From Paraspadella gotoi (Eukaryota > Animalia > Chaetognatha), in assembly GCA_051294375.1 (NCBI GenBank), contig CM119266.1, forward strand, positions 22,546,680 through 22,610,679: 64,000 nucleotides of DNA, written 5' to 3'. The first letter of the stretch is position 1, and each line of letters opens with the position of its first letter. Shown here in pieces: positions 35,157 to 63,364 of the stretch. Made by a program: the position numbers and the translations under genes. Below the pieces are notes generated by a model, which was given only the letters and a program-made list of their open reading frames with translations, was not told where the DNA came from and made no database searches.

Positions 35157-36895
35157 GCCGAGGGTCGCGAAGGGACAAGAATTTCTTTGCAGAGGTAGGG
35201 GGNNNNNNNNNNNNNNNNNNNNNNNNNNNNNNNNNNNNNNNNNNNNNNNNNNNNNNNNNNNNNNNNNNNNNNNNNNNNNNNNNNNNNNNNNNNNNNNNNN
35301 NNNNNNNNNNNNNNNNNNNNNNNNNNNNNNNNNNNNNNNNNNNNNNNNNNNNNNNNNNNNNNNNNNNNNNNNNNNNNNNNNNNNNNNNNNNNNNNNNNNN
35401 NNNNNNNNNNNNNNNNNNNNNNNNNNNNNNNNNNNNNNNNNNNNNNNNNNNNNNNNNNNNNNNNNNNNNNNNNNNNNNNNNNNNNNNNNNNNNNNNNNNN
35501 NNNNNNNNNNNNNNNNNNNNNNNNCGGAGAGTAAAAGAAAAAAAATTAAAAGAAACGTGAACCGCAAATCAGTTACTCAATCTTCGCTCGTCGACGTTGT
35601 CACAGCGGGAACCAAAAAAAAAAAAAAAGAAAAAGAAAAAGAGAAAAAGGCCAACATCCGGCGTCGAAATCCCCGAGTAGAAAATGGGCCACGTCGAAAG
35701 GCGAATTCCGACGGAATCTCGACCGGTGCTCGGTCGCTCGTTCGAGACCCGAATGATCAAACGGTTTCGATCAATCAGCGAAGGAACGACAAGCTGGGCT
35801 GGTGACTGGCGAGAGGGAGACGTGCTACCGGTTTTGAGAGAGGACTTACGGACATAGATTGACTCGAATATGGAGAGGGATTAAAAAGGTTTTTTTTTAA
35901 ATTATTAATGCTATTGTTATTTTGTGTCAATTCCAATGGATGGCTCATTGCAGATTTAGATTGGCTCAGTTACTATATTTCCTGACCGCCCCTATCCAAA
36001 GAGGATGTCGAATTACAAAGCTTTAAAACTTCGTCCGTTTATTTGCCATGCGCATGCGTGTTCTTTTCCTCATCTAGAAACAAATGACTTGTCCGACGAA
36101 TCTTGAAGGAGAAACGAGAAAAAAAATAGATTTTTTTCTCCGTTTTTTTTTATTAAAGAAACAAAGGGCATCCGATCCTTGATCGCATGTTGGACGAACA
36201 GATCGAGAAAACTCTTCGCTCAAAAAACGTTCGTCGGCCGAAGAACGAAAATCGAGGAAAATTGGACAAAAAAGAAAAGAGTGAGGGAAAAGTATCAAGT
36301 TACCTAATATACATGAATCAGATACTCAGATACTCAGATACTCTTTTCTGTTTTTTTTTTTTNNNNNNNNNNNNNNNNNNNNNNNNNNNNNNNNNNNNNN
36401 NNNNNNNNNNNNNNNNNNNNNNNNNNNNNNNNNNNNNNNNNNNNNNNNNNNNNNNNNNNNNNNNNNNNNNNNNNNNNNNNNNNNNNNNNNNNNNNNNNNN
36501 NNNNNNNNNNNNNNNNNNNNNNNNNNNNAAAAGATCGGATCGCCGCTCACAAATTGCGCTTTTATGAATTTTTTATTTTAATCCACTTTTGCTCCCCCTT
36601 CCGTCGCAACGGGAGGCTGGAGTTTTGGTCGCAAAATGAGGGAGGAGAGAAAGAGAGTTTTGAGAATAGAACGAGATGTGAAAATCATCACCTCACATGC
36701 TGTTACCTCATATAACGTATTTGTTGTACCATTTTCGTTCATCTTAGGTGATTTTTGGTTAAATTAACACATATTTGAATCACAAAAACCTTAATATTGC
36801 CATTTTACTTCCACAAATTCCTTAATTGAACTAAATTAAATTACAAAAAACTATCCCACAGTGCAGACAAAAAAAATTGCCAGTCAAATGGGACA

Positions 36896-36936
36896 CCAAC
36901 TCGGCCGCCAACTCGGCCGCCAACTCGGCCGCCAAC
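36896..36936. repeat. 12-bp tandem repeat (ccaactcggccg) x3
   Basis: Directly visible perfect copies. Confidence 0.85.
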
Positions 36937-37590
36937 ACCGCCGTCGACTGCATCGCCGCCGCAAGATCCTCCCGGTTCCGACGCTTTGATATGATCCTCT
37001 GCTGCCACAAGGATTTCCCTTCTCTATTTTTATCCGCACAACCATCGGACAGATTCTCTCTCTCTCTCTCTCTCTCNNNNNNNNNNNNNNNNNNNNNNNN
37101 NNNNNNNNNNNNNNNNNNNNNNNNNNNNNNNNNNNNNNNNNNNNNNNNNNNNNNNNNNNNNNNNNNNNNNNNNNNNNNNNNNNNNNNNNNNNNNNNNNNN
37201 NNNNNNNNNNNNNNNNNNNNNNNNNNNNNNNNNNNNNNNNNNNNNNNNNNNNNNNNNNNNNNNNNNNNNNNNNNNNNNNNNNNNNNNNNNNNNNNNNNNN
37301 NNNNNNNNNNNNNNNNNNNNNNNNNNNNNNNNNNNNNNNNNNNNNNNNNNNNNNNNNNNNNNNNNNNNNNNNNNNNNNNNNNNNNNNNNNNNNNNNNNNN
37401 NNNNNNNNNNNNNNNNNNNNNNNNNNNNNNNNNNNNNNNNNNNNNNNNNNNNNNNNNNNNNNNNNNNNNNNNNNNNNNNNNNNNNNNNNNNNNNNNNNNN
37501 NNNNNNNNNNNNNNNNNNNNNNNNNNNNNNNNNNNNNNNNNNNNNNNNNNNNNNNNNNNNNNNNNNNNNNNNNNNNNAAAGAGAGAGAAA

Positions 37591-37636
<46 letters not shown>

Positions 37637-38023
37637 AAGCGACAACTAGCTAAGCCTAAGGCGTGCAGACAAAAGTTCAGGACGTTATACGTTATAAAAA
37701 ACGTAGAAAGTACATTGTCATCTTCTTTTATTTACACCCTCCTAAAGAAAAAAATGGAAATTAGGGGCCACCTTTGAGAGTCAAAAGGAGAGAGAGAAAG
37801 AGAAGAGAGAGAGAGAGAGAGAGTGAGAGACTCTCTCTCTTCTTTCCTTTCACACTTTCTTCTCGCGATATGTTTTCTTTCTCTTTTTTTACTCTCAATT
37901 TTTAATGCGTTTTCTTTTTCTTTTTTAATTCCCGCTTTTAATTCGCGTCTGAAAAGAGGCGCTTGTCAATGCGTCGTTAACAATTCCTTTTCGAAGAAGA
38001 CGAGGCGTTAATTTGCATATTCG

Positions 38024-38027
<4 letters not shown>

Positions 38028-38120
<93 letters not shown>
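38028..38120. repeat. (GA)n microsatellite, representative of dozens in the window
   Basis: Perfect ag repeat; others at e.g. 2491-2555, 43452-43600, 51363-51499. Confidence 0.95.
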
Positions 38121-38122
<2 letters not shown>

Positions 38123-38451
38123 TGAGCGAGGGAGTCAAGATAGAATGACTCCCTCTCTCTCTTTCTAGCTCCTCCCCTCCCGCTCCTCCCTTTCTACTCT
38201 TAGACCATCGTCTATGATGCTGCAAATCCGACGCCGCATATGCCGCATTTGCCGCATCTGCCGCATCTTTGTTGTTGCCTCTGCCGCGACCCCTCCCCGG
38301 CTACGGCCGCCCCAGAAGGCTACATGAAAAAAAAGACTCGGACCCTTTTATATCTTCTATTTTTTTTCTTTCGCACTTTTCTCTATATTTTTCTTTCTCT
38401 TTATCAAGTTTGTTTTCTTATTCTGTTTTTTTTTCGCACTTTATGTCTTTT

Positions 38452-38535
<84 letters not shown>

Positions 38536-38557
38536 TCGTTCTTTCTTTCTTTCTTTC
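38452..38557. repeat. (CTTT)n microsatellite
   Basis: Near-perfect tetranucleotide array. Confidence 0.95.
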
Positions 38558-41500
38558 CCTTTTTCCCTTCTTCTGTCTCTCTCTCTTCCTCTCTCCTATT
38601 TTCTTCTCCTTCCCATTCATCCCTTCTTTCCAACTCCTTTTTTTTTTGTGCCATCTCTCGGTGCATTTTCGACCCTCTGTCGATTCGCATGAGTCACGAT
38701 TTGAAAAGAAGATCGAATCATCGTCGTCGTCGTCTTCGTCGTCGTCGTCATCGTCGTCCTCGGACGCCTCGGAATGGATCCTCAATTAAAAACGAATAAA
38801 AATTAAAGGATTCGACAAAAACGGAGATTGTTTACGACGGCGACGACGACGACTGCCTCTTCGATCCCCGAGAGTCAACTCCCTTGTTTAACGAGCGAAT
38901 GGATGATGGGATGGCGACGGGTTTCGCCAAAAAGTTGTAAAACTATTTAAAATCCCCCGCGCGAGGAAAGCGACGCCTCGCGGTGACAAATGGACGAATT
39001 TCGCGGCGAGATTTGAGCGGGGGGAGGGGGGCGATTAGATGGAGGATCTTCTTAGGAGATCGCTTTACTATGGTCGGTTATTTTCGAATCGAAACTCGTT
39101 GTTTGTAAACAAATAAACTTTATTTTCTCTTCAATCTTAAAAACGCCACGAAAAGAAAGTCTGATCACAAGGTTGATCGAATAAAAGGGGGTAGGAACGG
39201 TTAATGTTATTACTATAAGACGCAACGAATAAAAATACTTTTTGTTCTTATTAGAAAAAAATATGAATTTACGGATTCTGTCTTAGTTTGAAGACCGATT
39301 CAACTTAAAAATAACTACTAACGATATTTTCTTAACGCGGGCAATTAACTTTTTCTTGTTTTTAGTTTTCCTATCAAGAGTTGCGTTCATTCTCAGAGTT
39401 TCCATTCTTCAAAGAAACAATTTCTTCAACTCATTGACGACGCATTACATCGATATCAACATTTACATTTAAATTTACATCCTCAGATATTTATTCTCGA
39501 TTCCACAACAACCAAACGAACACCAACGACGCCGACTCCATCGAATCTAATTAGTTTCATCGACGCAGAAAGGCGGGCAGCCCGACAGCCCGGATAAAAG
39601 CGGGCGGCCGACGAAAAAACGAGACCGACCGACGAAAAGCGGCCGACGAAAGGTTATCGTTCCATCTCGCCTGATTATAAGTCGACGAGAGAGATTGCGA
39701 TGAGAATCTGAATCCTTTGTTCCCTGGGGATTTTCTCCGATGAGCGGCGGATCTGTATATCTGTATCCGGTCGGGGCCTCGGACATTGTGTCTGAGAAAA
39801 TAGTTTCTAATATTTCTTTTTCCATCGTTTCAAGTCTCGAACATTCGGCGAAATTTTGGCGATTAATGGCTTTTCTATTGTTAATTTTATTGACATTTGT
39901 AAATTATTTTATTGTTAATCTAAGGTGAACTTCATTTAACTATATCGTTGTGTATCAATATCACCTATTTTCTCATCAACACGTATAGTTCTTTGCTGCG
40001 TCATGTACACATCTCAATTGATTTTTATTGGCGCATCTCTCACTTCATTCAGCTCATCCTCATCCCCACATCTTTCCCAAGCTGATCAAACGTCTACATA
40101 TCTGTCCCCAGCGCGACGAAGCGGATCCACGACGTGACCCAAAAACGCTTCGGTGATTCGATGTCATTTTTGAGTCAGTTTCTACTTTCGAGCGAAAGGA
40201 GAAAAGGAGGAAGAATATGGAGAAGAAAAAACCAGTCCTGTTCCACGTCGGGAGGCCGTTTCAATTTCGAAACCTTGTTCTTTTGTTGAATTTGTTTGGT
40301 TCTTTTTAAACTTTTAGTAGATAAGAAACAATGTGTCTTATTCCTCACCCCATTACGATGAAAGCAACCGACGAAAAGGAGCTCTTGAGCCAAAGTCCCA
40401 GAGGACTCGTCCTCATGAATTTGGGAGACTAAATTGCATACGATTAAATTGGAAACCGGGACCAAAGATAGGCAAGGTAAAGAGTAGGTTTACAAGTTGG
40501 GTTTCTCAAAAGTTTGAATTTGAGTTTTAATGAGAGAGAGAGAGAGAGAGAGAGAGTCAAAGGATCTCGGAAATGTCTAGTGGCAAGAGATCTTCGCTGA
40601 GAGAGGCAGAAATTACAGCTTATGCAGCCGTAGATTGCGAGTGAAATGGATAAGTCGTCAAAAGTGAGTTGATGAGTTCGCTATTTTCGAACATTCGCTA
40701 ATATAAATAAGTAAATTAACGTGATTCCTTCCTTCTCGATTCTAGAATATATCTGAATGACCAATTATAAACTCAAATTATAGACAGGCGAAATTTGAAA
40801 TAATGTTGGTGAAATTTAATCAAAGAATTTTAAGAGTCGCGTCAATGACGTCACGAAGGCAAAGAGACGCGAAACTTGGATGGTTCGTCCTTGAAAAATT
40901 TGGAAAGGGTTAGGCATNNNNNNNNNNNNNNNNNNNNNNNNNNNNNNNNNNNNNNNNNNNNNNNNNNNNNNNNNNNNNNNNNNNNNNNNNNNNNNNNNNN
41001 NNNNNNNNNNNNNNNNNNNNNNNNNNNNNNNNNNNNNNNNNNNNNNNNNNNNNNNNNNNNNNNNNNNNNNNNNNNNNNNNNNNNNNNNNNNNNNNNNNNN
41101 NNNNNNNNNNNNNNNNNNNNNNNNNNNNNNNNNNNNNNNNNNNNNNNNNNNNNNNNNNNNNNNNNNNNNNNNNNNNNNNNNNNNNNNNNNNNNNNNNNNN
41201 NNNNNNNNNNNNNNNNNNNNNNNNNNNNNNNNNNNAATAGAAAAAAGAAAGAAAGAAAAAATGAACGAAGAAAGAAAAGTGAGGAAGAAAAGAAAATGGG
41301 CGTGGAGAGAGTGACGTCGGACCTGGCGAATTCCTGATTCAGCAACGCCAAGGAACGTCACTTCTTATCAAATATCAAATTACGCTCTCTCTCTTTCTTT
41401 CTCTCTATCTCTGTCTCTTTATCCCTCTCTCTCTCTCTTTTTCTGTCTCTTTATTCCTCTATATGTTTCTCTCATTTTTTTCCCTTCTTTCTCTCTCGTC

Positions 41501-42136
41501 TCTGTCTCTGTCTTTTTCAAACGAAATTTTAAAAAAAATGTTCCAATCTTTATTCATGCAGTCCTCGCTTCGGTTCTCTGACCCATCGACAGCTACGAGG
41601 ACAGCAACCAAAACGATAAAAACATAAGAGAGANNNNNNNNNNNNNNNNNNNNNNNNNNNNNNNNNNNNNNNNNNNNNNNNNNNNNNNNNNNNNNNNNNN
41701 NNNNNNNNNNNNNNNNNNNNNNNNNNNNNNNNNNNNNNNNNNNNNNNNNNNNNNNNNNNNNNNNNNNNNNNNNNNNNNNNNNNNNNNNNNNNNNNNNNNN
41801 NNNNNNNNNNNNNNNNNNNNNNNNNNNNNNNNNNNNNNNNNNNNNNNNNNNNNNNNNNNNNNNNNNNNNNNNNNNNNNNNNNNNNNNNNNNNNNNTTTCT
41901 CTCTTCTTCAGCTTTGTTTCAATCAGAAAATGCAGTTACGCCTTCGGGTCATTCCTGGAACACAGCTCCGCCGCTGACGTCGTCGTCGTTGTCGTCGTCG
42001 TCGTCGTCGCCGTCGTCGCGTCCTCCGCCGTCACCCCGGCACGTCAACGCCGAGTTGAAATTGATTAATGACCGCAACGGACGGACTGGCGTCTTTGCAA
42101 GTATTTGCTGACTACCCTAACCGCGGGGGCGAAGGA

Positions 42137-42197
<61 letters not shown>

Positions 42198-43449
42198 GAA
42201 ATTCGTCAATTCCGGTTTCGGGGAGACTGTCGGATACGATAAACGATAAGAAAGAATTTAAAATTAAAAAAAAAAATTAAAAAATAAAAATTAAATACCA
42301 ATAAAGCAAAATGTTTTTTAACTTTAAGCATGCATTTCATTTGCGTATAGAGCAAAAAGAGTTATAAAGGTGACTTTGCATAAAATTTCACTTATTTTAA
42401 TTATAGTAATCCTAAACATTTTTATTTTTTGTAATTTTAGCTATGAAAAGTATTTTACTGTACAAATAAAAATCGTGTCTCCTTCCTTGCTTTGCTTTAT
42501 TGGCTCTTTCTCCCTCCCTCTCTCTCTCCTCTCTTTCTTCTCTCCTCCTCTTCTCTCTCTCTCTCTCTCTCTCTTGAAGGGGAAAACGTAGATATTGATT
42601 TATATTTTTTTTCATGGGCCGCCGGTTGCGGGGGAAAATGATTCGGTCATGAAACGACAGAGAGAGAGACGTCGAGAAAGAGAGAGAGACGGAGAGGTGG
42701 AAATGGATGAAAAAGAAAAGGTTAAAAACATAATATAGAATTTGGGAAGAATATTAAAAGCTTCTTTTAAAAGACAAACTGAATTAAGATGTGAATGAGA
42801 ACGTTAGGTCTCTGAACAATGTTTGTAATGCAAATAAAAATAATATCTGTTGAAGAATAAATAATTAAATAATGAATTAATTGATTAAGAAATTAATTGA
42901 TGAATTTAATTTAATTTTACGAATTCATTTATTTATGTTTTATTTATTTATTTACTTATATATTGAGTATTAGGCCAATAAACAAAAATAATCAAAGAGG
43001 GAGAGAAGCCCTCGGTTGAGAGACCATCTCCAAGCACAGAGTCCCGAATCAAACGCGGTTCCATCTCCGTCTCTTTTCTCATTGGTCCAACGAGTTTCGA
43101 CAATCACGTGATCTATTTTCGACCAATGGGAGGCCGGAGTTTCATCCATTGGATTCCGACCCGAGAGCTGCGATGATGACCAATTCGATGGCATCAAAGA
43201 TTTTTTTTTTTGGCCAAATATGGAGATCGGCGAAAATTTTTGCCAATTGAAGGGCGTGCCTCCACATCCGGCGCAGAGGGGGGGAGTTAGGAAAGGATGA
43301 GGAGAGGGGGGAGGAAAGGAAAGTGGAGGAAAGGAAAGGGAGAAGAGTTAAATTCGTGGTGAAGGTGGAGGAAGAAGGACGGAGCATATGGGAACATCAT
43401 GAACAAGGTCATATGAATACCAGAGTGAAATTCGTAAATGCCAGGACTA

Positions 43450-43595
<146 letters not shown>

Positions 43596-44250
43596 AAGAG
43601 AGAAAGGCAACAATAGCGTCGTAAATACAGATAATGCGGTTGTAAAAAAGGGAGTAAATGTTCATCCGGAGAGAAGACGTCAGTGGAAGAGGAAAATTTG
43701 AAGAAATGGTTATTGATTATTGGCCTGACTAGAGGTTAGGGCTGAGATGGTGGAGGGATGAAGGAAAGAATGAATTAAGGAAAGAATGGGAATAGGGAAG
43801 GGGATGGAGAGAGGGAAGTCAGGATGAAGGGAGGGAAAGTGTGAGAAGGAAAAAACAAAAGAAAAAAAGAAGAAAAGTAGAAAAGAAGAAAAGAAGAGAG
43901 AAGTTGGAAGGGAATGAGGAATAAGAAAAAGAGCGAAAATGGAGAATAAAAAAGGAAGAAAAGAGAAAAATGGCGAATAGAAACAAAATGGAGAAAATAG
44001 CGAATGGAAGAAAATGGATAAAAAGGGGAAATGGCGAATGGAAAAAAGGGTAAATGGCGAATGGAAAAAAGGGAAAAAATGGCGAATGGTTATAAAGGGA
44101 GGAAAATGAGGATAGGAAAAAAATGGGAAAAATGGGAAAGCAAAGCCCAGGGAGCAGGATGGGGAGGAAGCGGAGCTCGAGTCTTGTTAACTAAATTGTT
44201 CGCGTCAGACAAAGAGATGGATGGGGCGAAAGAAGCTGGCGACATCCGGG

Positions 44251-44415
44251 GAAGGAAAAGGTGGAAGAGGCCGACAGGGAAGAAGGGCATGGCATGGGAA
44301 GGGAAGGAAGGAAAAGGTGGAAGAGGCCGAGAGGGAAGAAGGGCGTGGCATGGGAAGGGAATGAAGGAAAAGGTGGAAGAGGCCGACAAGGAAGAAGGGC
44401 ATGGCATGGGGAGGG
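44251..44415. repeat. 56-bp purine-rich minisatellite, about 3 copies
   Basis: ggaaaaggtggaagaggccga... starts at 44254, 44310 and 44366. Confidence 0.9.
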
Positions 44416-44971
44416 TTGGAGGGTAACGGGACATGGGAGAGTGGGAAGGAAAGGTGGATTAAGTTGGCAGGGACAGGGAAGGGACATGGGAGGGAAAAAA
44501 AGAAAAGGTAAGGACAATTGGGACAAATGGGCGACGTGGAAGGAAAGGATGTAATTTGAAATGCTTGGAATAAATGTAATCGAAATTTGGCAATACGAAA
44601 AAAATCTTAAGATGTTTTTTATTAATAATTTTACTTCGCCTTTTAAACATTTTTTTAAAAGATTTATTCTATTTTTAATTCGAGAAGGAGAGAAACGAGA
44701 TTCTGTCGTGTAGGAGAAATTAGAAATAGGAGAAGGCAATTCTGAAGCTCAGGAAAAGTAGAGACACTAACGCGGGAGATGAACGGATAGAGGAGCTGAA
44801 AGGGGGATCCAAGTTGGGACCATGGGGAAAAAAGAGAGGCGAAAAATTAGATATCAAAAAGAGAAAAAATATAAACAAACAAACAAATAAATAAATAAAT
44901 AAATAAAAAATAAATAAATATAATAAAATAAATAAATAAATAATAATAAAAAAGAAAGATGAAAGAAGAAG

Positions 44972-45045
<74 letters not shown>

Positions 45046-45633
45046 AGGAAGAAAGATAAATTCCTCAGTATAACTGGACCGAGTTTACGCGGCGAAAAAA
45101 CTGACACCTTTGTCCTCAGCCACTTAAAGAGAGACTCTCTTTGTTTTCGAGCGAAACTGAATTAATCTTCGACTGAACAGGACGGCCAAGTTTCTCGTTA
45201 CTTAATTAAAGTCGGTTTCCTGTCGGCATCGCTGTATAAATCGAGCCGAGAAATATATTTTCGTCGCGTCGTTACAGTAAATCTAGCAAAATTAATTTCG
45301 ACGCCTCTGATCAGATTACATGTTCGTTTTCATAAAAATTGTTTTAACAAAAATTGAGTATAATTGAATATAATTAAAATGGCCCTGCCAAAAAGGAAAA
45401 AAGAAACAGTATCCTAGAAAGTCTTTCATAAACCCGATTAAAAGCGATTTATAGCGATGAAGAGCGAATGAAAAAGCGATTCAATACGATCTTCGCATCT
45501 CACGCTTCGATCATTATCGCGCTCTCGAATTCTTAAAAAGTTGTACAATTAAGGAAGAACCCTTCCCTTCCCTGACTTTCTCAATCTCTCTCTCTCTCTC
45601 TCTCTCCTTCTCTTCCTCTCTCCTCCTCTCCTC

Positions 45634-45664
<31 letters not shown>

Positions 45665-48196
45665 TCCCCTTTTTCACCGTCTTCTTTNNNNNNNNNNNNN
45701 NNNNNNNNNNNNNNNNNNNNNNNNNNNNNNNNNNNNNNNNNNNNNNNNNNNNNNNNNNNNNNNNNNNNNNNNNNNNNNNNNNNNNNNNNNNNNNNNNNNN
45801 NNNNNNNNNNNNNNNNNNNNNNNNNNNNNNNNNNNNNNNNNNNNNNNNNNNNNNNNNNNNNNNNNNNNNNNNNNNNNNNNNNNNNNNNNNNNNNNNNNNN
45901 NNNNNNNNNNNNNNNNNNNNNNNNNNNNNNNNNNNNNNNNNNNNNNNNNNNNNNNNNNNNNNNNNNNNNNNNNNNNNNNNNNNNNNNNNNNNNAGTCATC
46001 GGAAAGTTATTTTATAAAACAATTACAAAAAATATATATTGTAGAAAAACGAAAAAATCTTTGCTCGCTTCGACCTGTTTGGTAACAGATTCGACCAATA
46101 AGGTGAGCAATCAGAAAGTGAGAGNNNNNNNNNNNNNNNNNNNNNNNNNNNNNNNNNNNNNNNNNNNNNNNNNNNNNNNNNNNNNNNNNNNNNNNNNNNN
46201 NNNNNNNNNNNNNNNNNNNNNNNNNNNNNNNNNNNNNNNNNNNNNNNNNNNNNNNNNNNNNNNNNNNNNNNNNNNNNNNNNNNNNNNNNNNNNNNNNNNN
46301 NNNNNNNNNNTTTTTTCCCCTTTTTTCTTCATCTTTTCCTCGACGATTCGATTCATAATGAAGATTTATCGGTCTGCAATTGAATCTTAACAGCTGCTTT
46401 CGCGCACAATCTTCTGGGATGGCTTCATTATTTCTCTCTCCCTCTCCATTTGTTTCTTTTCTCTCTCTCTCTCTCATCTACTCAGTTCTCCATCTCTCTC
46501 ATCTCTCTTCCTCCTCTCTATCTACTTCTCTCGTCTCATCTCTCTCTCTCTGCTCTCTCTCTCCTCTTGTCTACTCTCCTTCTGAGCTGTTCGCTTCGAG
46601 ACCACCGGACGTCTTTACTGGTCATCCTGGTGCCATCCATCATCGGATCGTCGTTACGTACCCGTCGTCGCCTTCCCTATCGTGAAAAACGCTATATATG
46701 GTGTACGATGAGACGATGATGCCGTGTTGCAGCGCGGAAAGCTTTTCACACCTTTCGAGGGCCCTCTCCTCATCTCTCATCCTCTCCTCTCTCTCTTCTC
46801 TCTCTCTCATCTCTTCTCTCATCTCTTTCGCCTGTCGCTCCCCCGCTCCCTCGTTCTCTCTCATCGTTTTATAATCACAGCGAAATGTAATTTTCTTAGA
46901 AAAAAAAATTAAAGAGAGAAAAACGAAAAACAGAAAAAGAGTTCCGGTTAATAAGGATGACAAAGAGCGTTTGCGATCGCCACTTGAAACAGACAAGAAC
47001 AACCCCCATATTTCAGTGTGAACTGTAGAGTATACTCATTGCTCAAGTCACGGACGATTAAGATTTTTTTTAGATTGCATCACTGCCCGTGCCTGCACAT
47101 GCAAATCGATTTTAAGATTTACATAGCCAATTTTGCGAATCGGACTTGGAACTTGTCTAACTCGAATTGTAAATTCATTTTATTTCTTGTTGGTATAAGT
47201 AATTAAAAGGTAAAATCAAAATTTATGGTAAAAACTTCCGCTCTAATTGAAATTTTCTCTGATGGCGACGGTCGTTTCTTACGTCAATGACGTACATTAT
47301 CATATCTGTCATCCGAAAGCGAGAAAATTAATGATCAAACATATAACTGTCTGAGTTTCGTTATGATAATGACAATAGGAAAAGTTCTTCTACAGCGAAA
47401 CGAAGCGACTCGGGTTCGTATTCGTTGTGTCGGTCGGTCGGTCGGTCGATATAAGAATTTGTAATGAATCGTGATCAACGTTTAAATACAAAAAGACTTA
47501 CCTTAATTGCACATCGTTAAGAAGATTACGATGATGACGCGACGAGGCTAATTTTCCTCCAGATATTTTGATCGTTGTTATTCGTTAAAAGAAATATATT
47601 TTTTTCTTTTTTTTTTCTTTTTATTTTTTTTCCTCCACGAGGGTTTTTATACGTTTTATTAGTAATTGTTTTTATAGCGAAAATTTCCGATTTTAGCGAC
47701 GAAGAAAGTCTTAACGTTGTAGAGGGAATTTCGTTTTAACCAAATTCGTATAAATCAGGTTTCGTCCTTCGTTTGTTTCTAAAATCGACGAAAGATTTTC
47801 AGGTCGCGCCGAAGAGAAATATTCGTTACTTTGTTCCACGCGGAATTTTGTTTCCTTTTGATTTATCACGAATTTCAAATCTTTTCTTTCTTTCCTAAAC
47901 TTTGAAGCTTTTTTTCTTCTGAAGCGTCTTCAATCCGAGGACCTGAGCGGAATTTAAAAAAAAAATAGCAAAGATAATAAATTGCTGGTTATATATTTTA
48001 CGCTCGAAGCAAATTAGCTAATGTTTATGACCCAATAAAAAAGCAGTTTAAAACAACGTAAGAAAAAAACCGATTTGCGAAATTAATAATTGACGAGGGA
48101 CCGAATCGGAATATAAATCAATCAATTACAAATCGGGACGAACAGACAACACGACATCGAGAATGACGTTGAGAATGACAACCAGATTGACGACGT

Positions 48197-48229
<33 letters not shown>

Positions 48230-48355
48230 CTCAATCTCCCGCCAAATAGCGCCGATCTGACCCACCGGTGGATTTTCGGGTCGCGACGACCCGGTTCTTC
48301 ATACTCCCCGCTGTTTATGATTTTGTTTTGACATTTTTAAAAATTCGCATCATTT

Positions 48356-48388
<33 letters not shown>

Positions 48389-48465
48389 TTGCATCGTCAT
48401 CGTCATCGTTATCAATTGGCGGGCAACAAATAAGCCCTCGAAAAACTTCTCGTCTATTGTCTTAA

Positions 48466-48508
<43 letters not shown>

Positions 48509-48510
48509 CT

Positions 48511-48564
<54 letters not shown>

Positions 48565-49453
48565 CGACAGGAATGACCGTTATCTTCTTTATATTTTTCT
48601 CGGATTTTTTCTTTCTTCTTCTTTTTCTCCTTCATCCTTCTCCTCTTCCTCCTCTTCCTCCTCCCAGGGTTTGACAAATGGTGATTCCATGACGGGGCAA
48701 AGGCTCTGGATTCGCCGCCGACAAAGCCATGACTTTTTGTTTTTGTTCGTCGGCCGCCCTTGATGACGACGACGATAACGACGACGACGATAGCGACGAC
48801 GACGATGATCAAAAAGCGAAAGGAGTTTTGTCCGAATCGTTTCCTCATTAATCGTAATCACGCGCGCCGGAGAATATGGACTCTCTCGAGAAAAGTCTCC
48901 GCGCGTTTCATTCCAGTTTCTTCATGGATTCATTGAAAAAAATGAAAAAAATGTTTTATATATGTCGCTGTCGTCGTTGTAATCGTCTGTTATATTTCTT
49001 AAGGAGTAAAAAAGTTTTCCCGCGAAAATGTTGATCCAAATCACAATTGGTTGAGGATTCCAAAGATTGCTTCGACTCTTTGGCTTTTATCAAATATGTA
49101 TTAATTGAATATTATTTTAACTAATTAGGTATATATATCAAAGTTAATCTAAGGTAAACTTTGATTTTTCTTAATTTTTTCTCTCATTTTCTCTTTTTTC
49201 TTCATCCTTTATATTTCAATTTTTAAGATAAAAGACGCAGATACTTAAGAGATATTGATCAAAACGTCCTTGATATAACTTCATAAAAAAAATCTAAAGT
49301 GACTTTGGTCGCGCCCGCCCCGCCGTTCACCGCCACTTCCGTCGAACCCCCGATCCGTGGCGAGGCGCGTCAATGATTAATGGTGGAGTTAAATGATGTG
49401 AAGAGACTTAAGTACAAAACCGCCGGCCGTTGAAACGCCGCCCGAAGAGAGAG

Positions 49454-55761
<6,308 letters not shown>

Positions 55762-55798
55762 ATCTCTCTCTTTNNNNNNNNNNNNNNNNNNNNNNNNN

Positions 55799-62934
<7,136 letters not shown>

Positions 62935-63154
62935 TTAGAACAATAAAAATCAAGAGTGGATGTTCGTTTTACCAATTGTTTTTTATACTAATTTCTGAAA
63001 CGATTTCTGATTGAAATAAAAAACAAATTGTCTTGGAAAATTTTACTTGTTTCTAGTATATCAGTGCTTTTTTCTTATGTTTAATTCTGAAAATACTTGA
63101 GAAGGAGACCTACCTACCTACTATGGTGGACTAAAATCCACCAAACGTTCATCA

Positions 63155-63364
63155 GCGGCCCTTGGTGCCGGAGGCAAGTCATTCGCCTCCCAACCCAAAA
63201 GGTCCGGGGTTCTAGCCCGGTGCTCGTCTGGCAGTTAAGAGGGACGGGGCGCTTAACCCGCCTGTAACGTGGTGTTACAGCCTGATCCGAAGCTCAGGGA
63301 CTGCTTATATTGAACGGTTCGGTCATTAATACTTATCAATAATTACTGTCTCTTTACTACCTAC
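63155..63364 (+). mobile_element. tRNA-derived SINE
   Basis: A-box-like tggtgccggagg (63163-63174), B-box-like ggttctagccc (63207-63217), hairpin-rich body, simple tail ctttactacctac; no complete cloverleaf. Confidence 0.6.

Noticed and set aside
39547-39825. 92-aa minus-strand ORF with a possible acceptor
   Set aside because: No recognisable motif, partly built from ccgacgaaa repeats, and no partner exons identified.
44251-44415. Regularly spaced repeats that might suggest a CRISPR array
   Set aside because: Contiguous 56-bp tandem units without unique spacers; no cas genes; eukaryotic context.
63120-63158. Minus-strand CUGAUGA next to a ggugga/uccacc hairpin
   Set aside because: No GAAA core or flanking stems for a hammerhead ribozyme.
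63155-63230. Possible tRNA gene
   Set aside because: A and B boxes are degenerate, no convincing acceptor stem, and a SINE-like body and tail follow.
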